Below are positions 46,701 to 58,700 of a DNA stretch of 64,000 nt, in pieces. The notes beneath the pieces are model-generated. The model saw only the letters and a program-made list of their open reading frames with translations. It did not search any database and had not been told where the DNA came from. The stretch's first letter is position 1; each line of letters begins with the position of its first letter. The position numbers and the translations under genes were made by a program. Source of the stretch: Asterias rubens (lineage: Eukaryota). Location of the stretch: the NCBI RefSeq assembly GCF_902459465.1, contig NC_047079.1, positions 7,998,001-8,062,000 on the forward strand. Direction: 5' to 3'.

Positions 46701-49700
46701 TTTAACATGGTTTGTGGCTATACCAAGTTTTTTGGAAAGTAAAGCTTAGCTATTAATTATAAATTAGTAAAAAACTAGAGAAGAAACCTAATCTCTGTTT
46801 TCAGATCATTTGTAATCAATTAAGACTTTTGCCCAACTGACTTTTACTTATCATATAAGTAAGTGGCCTCATCTTAAGTTTAAAATGAATTCAAAATGAG
46901 ACTTTTTTTTAATAGAAAAATATATTTCTGTTACGAGTCTTTGATACCTGTGTAGCTTGCACAGTCTAATAAGATTTTAGTTAAAGCTTTATTATTTTTA
47001 TTAAGTTTATCACATTTTAATTTGCTTTTCTTGTCGTGTGATGTGATTTGTCTGTATGCCTTTATTTTGCTTAATCCAGCAGTCTCAAACACCTCCACAG
47101 AATCATCAAGCCAACGAGAAACGTGCTGCTATTCAAGCGACCTTTGCAGCCCAAGTTGCACGTTTAGCTCACGATGCCCCCGCACCACATGGGTCAGAAG
47201 GGCAAATAGCAGCCACAAATCAAATGAGCGTAAACCCCCCTCAGAATCCACTGCCAGAGGGAGAACTAGCCAAGGAACCAATAAAAGGTGCACCTCCTGA
47301 GGTAGTTGCACCAGCAGTAGAGCCACAGTCTCAGCAAGGATCTGCAACTATCCCTGATCCTAACCCTGCTGTTCCTGCTGCTGCTCCTGGTGTGGTCGCT
47401 GTTCCTAATCAAACTATCAAAGTAGAAGCTGCTCTGGAAAATCAAGTGGTTCCTGCATTGCCTGAGGCAGCTGCCAAGACTGGTGATATTGTCCAAGCCA
47501 CTCCCCAAGCTCCCAGTGAGGTGTCTTCCACAAAACCATTTGAACAGGCAGCCACAGTTGTCAGTGAATCTGTTAAACAGCCTACTGTGGTTGAACCAAC
47601 AACCAAAGCCACACCTGCTGTGGACTCCAGAACTGATATGCCACCACAAGATGACCCTGCACAAGGCAGGGAAGAACTCCAAACAGAGAGTAGTGACTCT
47701 GACAAAGGTGCTCTTCCTATGGATGTGAAACCACTCCCAGAAGCTGCTAAGCAGCCAAATCCCACTCCTGCCACTAAAGATTCAGAGGATCAAAAACCAG
47801 CTGAGGTGGACTCTAAAGTTGTTGTTGGAAAGCAAATTGATGAAAGTGTAAATAAAGATGCCAAGGATGATGTTATTGCACCTACTGCACAAGTTGTCAG
47901 CAAAGAGAAGAGCGAAACAGCAACAGTTGAGGGTAGTGCATCCACTGTTACAGGTCAGTCACATCGCTATGACAACGGAGAAATAACTCAAGGAATCCAC
48001 AGCAAATGCTGTGGTGCTTTGCTGTGTTGACATTTGCTGTGGTGCCCTTGGTCCAATACAAACTTGTGAGATTTCCTCATAGAAGTGCCCCTTAACAGAG
48101 GAAATTTGCTGTGACCCTTTCAAGAATGAAATTCAGCGCTGCTATCTGATATTGTCTCTTTCAGTAATTGAAACACAAATCTATGCACAGTTAATATTAT
48201 TTGCCTCCTAGTAATGATTGATTCTTCAACCGAAAAGAGATCTCACTGGATACTTGGGTTTCTTTTATAGCTAGAGGTTCAGAGTCAATATTGTAATATT
48301 CAAATTGATAGCAGGCCTGAAACTTCATGCTCCTGGTCATTGCCTTGGTGCCCTTGAAATGGTACAGTAGAAATTTACAATTTCTTCATAGGGTGCCCTT
48401 TGCCTTGGTGCCCTTTCCCTTTCAAAAATGAAGAGTAGAGTCCTATTGTAATGTTCAAACTGATAGTTAAACCTGTTCTGCTTGGCACTTTGCTGTTGAG
48501 TGATTTGAAATGTGTTAAGTATGTGCTCGGAAAGACGTTATGTTAACTTTAAATATTGACTCTGATGCTTTTATCATTTTGTTTTCATTGAAGCATCAGC
48601 AAAAGACCCCGTTAAAAAGAAGAATCAGAAGACTAGACTTAAAGATTTTGAGAAGAAGGGTTTGAAAGATGAAGATGAATTAGAGGCTTATCGCTCTGAT
48701 GCACCTGAGGTAAGATTGACACTTCATATTGTATTTAATCAGGATTAAAGACATCTTTATGATATCTTGATCGCCAGTCTCCTGATGATGACTAGAACAA
48801 ACTAGACCAATTAAGAACGCGCCCTGCAGCAGTTAAGTTAATAACGAGACAAAGACATACCCATGGACTGACTGAGCAAAAGTAGTAGTCCTGGCCATTT
48901 TATTATTTAGCCCAGGTAGTAGTTAATAAGCAGGACAGTTCTTTTCAGAAGGGAGTGGTCTCCGAATTCTGAAATCTACTCCGTGACAGTAGAATAAAAA
49001 GCAAGACCTAGTTCCAGAATAACAAAATTTACACAGCAAAGTAAATTTTTAAATGGTGTCATGGCAAACCGAATGTTCATTGATATCTCTCTATGCATTG
49101 CCTGAAAAACTATGTTTATTGTTCTTTGTTGATCCTTTCCAATGCCAACTGAGTAGATTAGAACTAAACTGGACCTCGGTGGAGGATGTCTATGGTTACA
49201 GTAGGGCCTACACACATAGAAACTAACATGTCTTAACCTCGTTCATGTCTTAACCTCGCTCATGTCTTAACCTCGTTCTTAATGAAGAAACAGGCACCAG
49301 AAGAGATAGAGACAAAATCAACACTAGATGAGAAGACGGAGATGGAATCTGAATCTAACGCAACTCAAGAGGTCAAGGTGAAAGTAGAGACACCAGCAGA
49401 GGTGCCATCCAGCGAGGGAAAGAAAAAGGATCCAGAGGAAAAAGAAGTTGTTGTGGAGGATACTAAGGAGAAACAGGAGCAGGAGAAAGTTGAATCTGAG
49501 AATGCTAAGAACAAAGAAGAAGCGACTGATGAGGACCCTAAGGCATCCTTAAAAGACAACAAAATACAGCTGAAGTACACCTATAGGGAAGGTAAGATAG
49601 GAAGGGGATTAGTATGAACAGAAAAGGCCCAGAGGAAAACTGGAAATCAAATTAATATTAAGTTCATAAAAACATGCCCCCGAGTAGGGCTTTCAAAACC

Positions 49701-52700
49701 AAAAATGGTGAGACAGGAAGGGGGATTAGTATCAACTGAAGAGGCTCAGAGGAAAACTGGAAATCAATATTTTTTACTTTTTTTTAAAAAATATTAAGTT
49801 CTTAAAAACATGAAGATATAACCACATAGAATAATGCCCTGATTGCAAAGTGGGGCTTTCAAAGCAAAGGTAAATGTATGTGAGCAGGCTTCATGCTCGC
49901 AAGTTTTTGCGCTCCCAAGCTTTCCATTTGCGCTCACAGTTAAGTTTTTTTGTAACAGCCTTAGAGGTTAGGGTTTAATTCAATCGTATTCCTTACCCAT
50001 TAATTATCCTACTCCAGTTGGATATCAAAATTTAAAACGGGACTTTCTAGAGGAGACCCAGATAAAAGAAGTATATGTAATTCCTGTTTTGTTTGTTTTG
50101 CCGTTGTTTCTTACAGACCAGTGGAGTCCAATGAACCCGGAAGGGAAGAAGCAATACGGCCGCGACTTTCTGCTGCAATTTCAGTCGGACTGTAAAGACA
50201 AACCAGAAGGTCTTCCACACATTCCAGACATAGTGCTGGAAAAGGTACGATTAGCAAAATTAAACTCTCTAGATATCATGCCTGTAATTTAACGCAGTTT
50301 CTCCTTTCCCAAAAACTTTTGGTTCCTCCAAGTTTTATTGTGAAATTGCTACTGCCAAGTATATGAACAGTTTGTATTTTTTTCTGAATTTAGTATTCAG
50401 AATCTTGTGTCATGGAACACCCAGGGGTGTGTTTTGGTGGCTGTAACCATTAACCAATAACTGTATCGGTCATTGACTAGTGATTGACCAATTGCCAATT
50501 TAACAGAATCAGTTGTTGGTTACGACCATGAAAAACACATCCAAAATGGTTTGAGGGACACCATTTGTCTAAAGCTGAAGTCATACAGTCTTAATTGTAT
50601 GATTCTGTGGATGTGATCAGAACTTTACTTTGTTGGTGTAACTTTCTTTGTATACGTAATTGTGTTTGCATGTGGAAGCACTTTAAAAGCATCATTTAAT
50701 TTTCTATGTTTACCTTTTGATTTTGTTGTTCAGGCTGAGATAAGGCTACCAAGTACAGAAATGCCAAGCAGGATAAACAACAGAGTGGACTTTACACCAC
50801 AATACCTCAAGTCACCTCGTGGTTCAGTAAGTGTTACTTGATTATTATGCCTTCATGACTAGTGAAATTTACTACCTGACTAGTTGCACTCCAGTAGTCA
50901 CGACTTTGACACTGATTTGATAGTCATTACTTGGTGTTACCGCATCTCTTCTATATCTTATTTCCACCATGCAAAGTTTCAAATTCGACTTTGACACTGG
51001 TCTCAACTTGTTGTCGGTAAAGTTCTAATTATGTATCAATGCAGGTATAATATGGTAACAATCAGACTGAAATGTGAAGGATGCATTGCAATGAACGCCA
51101 TTGCAGTAATGAAGTCTTTTGATTGATATGTTTGTCACAGCATAAGAACTTGGCAAAGATTTGTATGCTTTTACTATTGTCTTTTGTAGATTAAGTTGTT
51201 TTAGTTATCGTTTGAATCTCAGTGATGTGTCAGACTGTACCAGAAGAATGTTTGCAAAAGACTATTGTTTTCGATGCTGTGCATTCAATGAGAAACTTGT
51301 ATAAAACTTGAGTTCCTAAACCAATAAATAGTATTTATCAAACTCCAATAAATAAGTTGTGTTTCTGTTGCTACCTTTTTCAGCAACCTCCACCAAACTT
51401 TGGTCAGGGTGTTCCTGGGGGCCGACGTTCCTCGAAAGAGCCTAAGAAGGTGATCCAGAGAGCGTCTCAACCTCCCAAGCTCAGCACTGCTGGAGACAAA
51501 GCCTGGAAACCTGACAAGGATGTGCCTGACGATACGGAAGAAGCTAAGACCCTTGTGAGTAATAATCTTACAGAATGGAATTGTGGAGTCAGGAATATTG
51601 TAGTTTGTGAGAGATTTACGTAAGTTACATTTCTGGTGGTTTGTTGTTCTTCAAAATTATGTTAAATAAACTAGCCTACAGAAAAAACACAGGACCACAG
51701 ACCTGAGGCCAGAGTACATTTAGTGTTGGGCCAGTAAACTCACAATGAGACAGCCCAGTGGTCATGTGTTTTTTAATTGACTATTATGACAGTAACACCT
51801 CATTGGGTAGTATCTCTGTGAACAAAATATATTCACAATTTTTCTGATATGTCTTTCAGTTCCATTGAGTATCGAAGTAGCATGGCAAATGAGATATATG
51901 TTCTCAAAATGTTTGTTCAACTCATTTTGAATTTGGTCTTGTAAAATGAATTCTGGTCCAGTAAAACTGTAGTCTTGTTGATTTTGCCCCCACATTCGAG
52001 CCCTGTTCGAGGGGTGCAACATGTTGTGAATTGTGGTTCGGAAGCACAAATTGTAACATCACTTTGATATGAGCGTGATATTTCTTTCACTGTGAGTACA
52101 TGATTAATGTATTTAAATCCTTTTTTATTTGTTCTAACAGGAACTTATGAAAAAAATGAAAGCTCTGTTGAATAAGTTGACTCCCAATAACTTCAGCAAG
52201 CTAAAAGATCAGGTGTTGGGTTACTCCATCGACACAGAGGAAAGACTTAAAGGCGTCATTGACACCGTCTTTGAAAAGGTAAAGAAGCTACTTCCAGGAA
52301 AACTGCAAGAGTGTTGATTTATTTTAAAAGATTTTGTCAGATCAATACATGCCTCAATTTTAATTATTTTTGTTTAACAGAAAGTGTTTATGATGAAAGC
52401 ATTCAATAAAATATGAAGACTCTTGATTAAAAAAAATAATGAAACTCTCCCTAAAATGTCCTGTATATATTTATGATGAATGCCTCTTATTATTCTATTT
52501 TTGTTTGTTTGTAGGCAATAAGTGAGCAGGCCTTCAGTAGAACATATGCACAGTTGTGTCGAGACTTGTCTCAGGTAAGAACAAACCTGGGTTTGCCATC
52601 GTTGTTTGGAACAAATGATAAATAATCTTTGCAGCTACTTGGTGAATTAAAAACCTGCTTTCTTAGACAAAAACAAGAACAGAGGTCTGGAATGTGGTTT

Positions 52701-55700
52701 AGAGTGAAGTGGTTCGTTGTTTCCAGCGCCCTTATCCCAATTTGGGGCTGGCCATCCAGGGATGAAAACCCTCAGTGAACATTAATTTACACACATCCTT
52801 CTGACCACCATCAACTCTGGGGTCAATGTTCTTGAAATCAGTGCCTAACTACACTTTCTGAGGTGGATGTAATATGTATGCAGGCCGGTATGCCTAGGTG
52901 CAAGGGCACCAAGGCATTTTCTCCTTTGGTAAAGGGTCACCCTATGAGGAAATTGTAAATTTCTACTGTAGCATTTCAAGGGCACCAAGGCAATGACCAT
53001 GGTGCATTGAGGCAATCGCCTTTGTTACCTCCGTGAAGTATTAGACCTGGTGTATGGCACTTAAATTGAAACCATATGAATAAACTGTGAAGGCAGCATT
53101 TTAAAGAAGGTTTTGAATTTGTTTTAACATGATGTATTTTTATTTGAATTATGACAGCTGAGGGTACCAACAACCTCTGGTCAAGGTGTTGTTCAATTCC
53201 GCACCCTACTCATCAACCGATGTCAAAAGGAGTTTGAGAAAGAAAAGAATGACGAGAAAGAAGAGCAAATTGCAAGAGAAGCCATCGCCAAGCTGCCTGT
53301 GAGTAGATGACATGAAAGTTAGGGTTGGGAGGTTTTATTTAGTGTTATTAATTGAAGGATATTGATGCACGGTACCACTTATATTGGGTTGGATGTCATT
53401 AATTTGTCGTGGCCTGGGTAGCTGGTGTGTAATGTGCTTGCCTCTCACCAATGTGGTATGGGTCCAATTCCTGGCCAAGGCTATACATGAGTAAACTAGT
53501 GCACTTTCAATATCTGGCTGTGTTTGATGGTCATGTATGGGTTGATGTGGCTGGCAAAGGTGCCCTGCGGCATGCCTACGACTGAAACACGTTGTTGGTG
53601 CGTAATGTGCTTGCCTCTCACCAATGTGGTATGGGTCTAATTCCTGGCCTAGGCTATACATGAGTAAACTAGTGCACTTTCAATATCTGGCTGTGTTTGA
53701 TGGTCATGTATGGGTTGATGTGGCTGGCAAAGGTGCCCTGCGGCATGCCTACGACTGAAACACGTTGTTGTGACCTGGGTGGATGGTGCGTAATGTGCTT
53801 GCCTCTCATCAATGTGGTCTGGGTCCAATTCCTGGCCAAGGCTATATGTATGGGTTGATGTGGCTGCCAAAGGTGCCTTGCGGCATGACTGCGACTGAAA
53901 CACGTTGTAGCCGCATCTACAGATCGGCGTCTCGGCTGCAAGTAGGAATGATTAGCCTCTAATATGATTCATATTTTTACTATTTTAAGACCATTTTGGT
54001 CATGATGTCAACTCTACTAAAGCTCATACAGCCATGAGGGAAATATCACACCATGTAGAATGTCCTGCCACTCTGGAAAATAATCTTCTTATTTTCTTGT
54101 TCGTGTAAGCTTGTCTGATAATGATGAATGTTTTTCTTTAAGGTGGATCAACGAGGTGTGGCCATGGATTATCTTCAGCTGAAGCTAATCAAGAACAAGC
54201 GCCGTATCCTTGGTAACATCCGCTTTATCGGTGAGCTCTTCAAGCTTCAGATGTTGATTGAGCAGATTATGCATGACTGTATCTTCAAGTTGCTATGCTC
54301 CAAGGATGAGGAGTCTCTGGAGTGTATGAGTAATCTTATGAGTACAATAGGAAAGATCTTAGACCATGAGAAAGCCAAGGTGGGTCAAACTGGGTATTTA
54401 TCCTTCTCTTATTTCAGTACCCTCACTAAATTAGGGGAGGAAAGAGCTTTAGCAACAAATCTTGGGCACCATCTAAAATTGTGTTGTGAACCAAAAAACC
54501 TGTCTCTCCCTCATTTTGAAGTCTCAAGGTCATATTCATTTATTTCTATTGCCCAAAGTGTTTCCATCATTTCTAGGTTACTTTTAATTGGCATCACATT
54601 TTATTTCCAAGGTATCCCACAAATTCCTTGTATGATTGGTTGTTTGTTCTTCAGATGCTTTTTGATGGTAACTTCAACAGATCAGGACAATCATGATGTC
54701 TATTTTCACAGCATTTATTCTTGGGTTGAATGACCTCAAACCTCAAAATTAAATTCTTAATTTTCTTGGTTTTGTTTTAGAACCGGATTGATCAGTACTT
54801 CACCCAGATAAAGAACATCATCAGCCAGAAGAAGACCTCGGCAAGAATACGATTTATGCTTCAAGATGTTGTTGACCTCAGACAGGTAAGCTTCATTAGG
54901 TCAATCAAGTTGTCCATGACTGGGGAAGCTGTAACTATTATTGTTTTCTGATCAAACAACGTTTTAACCAGTCGGGAAGTTAATAATATTGTTGCATAGT
55001 TTAGTTACAGAGGTTTGAGAGTACGTAAGAGGAGGTTTTTTGCACAGTACATGATAATGAGGTTGAGGTGAAATTGTGTAAACCATCTTGGATTCCTTTA
55101 GAAAATAATTAAGTGATCAATTTCTAATTGCTGTTTTATTTTTTTGAAAACCTTGAATACTTTTGCAGTAAAATTATAGTTTAGCCTGTTCATTTCTGAA
55201 ATAACAGCGAAGAAACTGGGTCCAAAAAGTTGTCAAATGCAGACTGCAGACCATCTTGGATTTCTGGGAAAAATAGTTGAGCGACCATTCGTAAAATAAA
55301 TTGTTAAGACTGTTGCAGTAATATGATCATTTTTTCCTATCGCTAAAAAAACAGCAAAGAAACTGGATTCCACGAAGGGACACTGACAACCCCAAAACAC
55401 TTGAGCAGATCCATCAAGACTACAAACGAGATGAAGAACGTAAGAAGATGGAAGGCCTCCAAGCTCAGATGGCTCCACCCCCACCAAGGATGTCTCGTAA
55501 TAAGAGGGATCAACCACAGCGAGTTGGTCCCCCTCCACCAGAGGGATGGAGCACGGTCACATCAACAAAGGCTACCAGGGTAGCTGTTGATCCTAATAAG
55601 TTCAAGGTCATGAAGGTATGAAACTGTCTTCCTTGTTTCACAAGACTCGCTTATTACAAACTTATTTCCCAAGTTGTTTTCGTGTGTGAACTTTTGAAAG

Positions 55701-58700
55701 TGCCTCCAATGATTTGCTTTGATGAATGCAAGTGCTTTTAAAGTTGTTTTTTTTTAATTTTATTTTTCACTGGGTGCTTATGTCTTTTATTGTGGTTTGC
55801 AGATTTGTTGGTATACATGTAAATATACACATGTATAACCGCAAACTGAATAAACATTGTTTCGGGAAAAATGCAGTCTTTTTATCGAGACTTTAAGAGA
55901 AGATGTGATTTGGTTATTTGCTTATTTTGTTCTTAGCAACAAAGCATTGATGTTGATATCCAACTTGGGCCTAGTGGGCCAAGATCTTTTGGTGGTTGGA
56001 GTCGAGGAAGCAGTGGGGGTAGCAGCAAGACACAGACAGAGCCTCCAGAACCAAAGCAGAGTAATCGATTCATGATGCTGTCTGATGAGAGGAAAGGAAG
56101 GTAAGATAATAATTAACTCTGATGTCGAAGGTTGTGGATGGGGAAGATGCTGCTGTGTAGCTGGTCTATTTTGGGTACAGAGAAGGTTGTGGAAGGGAAA
56201 GTTGCTGCTGTGTGGCTGGTCTATTTTGAGTGCAGAGATACATATAATGCACTTGATCCTTCTCACATTTTCAAAGAGACAGTCAACTCTTTGTAGTCTT
56301 GTGATTGTTTCTTCAGTGATTGAGAAGGGAACATTAAACCTAGGCCCAGTTAATACTCCTTGGTACCTTGTACATTGTAGGTACTGTAGATTCCAGACTG
56401 GCTTGCCACATTGTTGTATTCAATTCTCATTCAACAACTTAACACGCTATCATTTTCGTGGGATCTCAGTGTGGAAGGATGTTAATGTTAATAAAGAATA
56501 GTTTTGTTTTATTTCTGTAAAGAAATAACTGGTATGATCCACAGTTCTGTTTTGGCTTTAAATTTAAAGCCATTACTAGCAGCTGGAGAAAAATGTTTAG
56601 AGTTGGCTTTGGAAAATAACTCAACTTTTTATTTTGGATGGATTCAGAGTTCCAGAGTCCAAGGGTCGTGGTCCTCAATCCTTACAGGGTAAGAGGTCCA
56701 GCTCCTCCAGGGAACGAGACGAGATGAGCAAAGAGAGGAGGTCAGCCATCGCTGAGGTCCAGAAAATGTCTCAAGCTAGAAGATCTCAATCCAGAGAGAA
56801 AGATCTGGACAGCAGAGGTTCAAGAGGTAAAGTTCCTCAAACTTTGTCAAGATTTTGTTTCAAATTAAAAAATATACTTGTGTTAATATTTTTATAAAAC
56901 TTTCAGCTTGGATGTTTTAATGTCTGGTTGATAATTTGTACTTGAAGCAAAGCGCTTCTTGGATTTTTGATCGTTATTAAATTTTGGATATTTGGGAATC
57001 AAGGGTTGGTGAAAAATGTAGGAAACATCTTGTTGAAATATGGAGACACTGTCAACATTGAATCGCTTTGGCTTTAAGCCAGCTGTTTCAATTTTAATGT
57101 GTTGATAATAAATATATCAGAAATATAATATGCTAAAACCAACCTCAATATGTTGTTAAAGTAATTTTGTCAGTCAATCAGATATAGAAATGTTTTGTGG
57201 GAAAGGTTCCAATTCCTTTGTTCAATATATTATGTAGGTAAGCAAGAAGCAGCCCCAGTTTCCGCTCCAGTAAGAGAGATTTCCAGAGCGTCAGCAGCAC
57301 CAGCTATCTCAGAAGATGTATTTGAAAAGAAGGCCATGGCAACGATTGAGGAATTCCTCAGCATTAAAGATATCGAGGTAAGAAAGCATACTTTGTATCT
57401 CTGTAGCTGTTTGTTCTCAACACTGTTAAATTACGATTGAGGAATTCCTTAGCATTAAAGATATCGAGGTAAGAAAGCATACTTTGTATCTCTGTAGCTG
57501 TTTGTTCTCAACACTGTTCAATTACGATTGAGGAATTCCTTAGCATTAAAGATATCGAGGTAAGAAAGCATACTTTGTATCTCTGTAGCTGTTTGTTCTC
57601 AACACTGTTCAATTACGATTGAGGAATTCCTTAGCATTAAAGATATCGAAGTAAGAAAGCATACTTTGTATCTCTGTAGCTGTTTGTTCTCAACACTGTT
57701 CAATTACGATTGATGAATTCCTTAGCATTAAAGATATCGAGGTAAGAAAGCATACTTTGTATCTCTGTAGCTGTTTGTTCTCAACACTGTTCAATTATTT
57801 TCAAAGTGGTCCATGACATGGATGAAATCTGTGCTGTTTCACCTGAATGTCTGTTTTACACAGTAAGGTATAATACATCAATTGGTAGAGAAAACTGCTG
57901 GACTAAATTGACTAGCCTCTGGGTCTGCAGTAAAGTGTATGTTTTGAGTCATGTGATAAGTGTAAGGTTTCATACAGTTTAAGTAAATGTGAAGGAACCC
58001 ACTGTAGATACTGAAGTGTGAGGATTTAGAGTTGAACAAGCAATTGAGCTGAAGGATTTATAAAGATGGCAATCTTTAAGAAGAATTCTTTACAGTAGTA
58101 TCTTGACAATTGTTTTCTTCTTTGACTCGACAGGAAGCCCTCATGTGTGTATTGGAGTTAAACTCCCCTTCCCGCATGCACATCCTGGTACGTTCAGCCA
58201 TGAACTGCTCATTGGAAAAGAATCCAGGAGCCAGGGACGCTGCTGGGCTACTATTCCATAAACTCATCAAGGCTGGTCACCTCAGTAAAGAACAGTTTGT
58301 CATTGGGTGAGTTCAAACTCTGGTCAAGCAAACTTGTCAAGTTTCATTTGTGATCACAGATAATGTGAACCTTACCCTGGAAGTTGCCTTCGCTAGTTTT
58401 TTCTAACATTTCACTCAAAACGTCTCCGTTCACTTAGTAATTCTGTCTCATTGAACTGATACACTGTTTCACAGTTATGAATTGTATTTTTTTATTTTTT
58501 TGTCTTGTTGTATATACATGGCCTGACCGGGTGTGTATGGATTATAATCTTTATCCTTGTGCGTTGTTTATTGTGCAATATTTGTATCTGCGTTAGTGCG
58601 TTGCGTAACTATTTGATATTTGTGGTCCTTTTATAACTTGTGTGATCAATGTTATTTTCTTATTTCTTATGACTTATTAAACTCTTTCAGTGTTGGTTAC

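Noticed and set aside
47129-47774. Three antisense ORFs
   Set aside because: Shadows of the long low-complexity eIF4G exon.
53335-53941. Minus-strand ORFs with repeated peptides
   Set aside because: By-products of the tandem array of about 173 bp inside an eIF4G intron.
54380-54733. Extension of the 201-aa ORF past the donor
   Set aside because: Intronic read-through; eIF4G similarity stops at GTGGGT (54380) and resumes at 54781.
7305-57796. Regularly spaced repeats as CRISPR arrays
   Set aside because: Units are contiguous with no unique spacers, there are no cas genes, and the context is eukaryotic introns.
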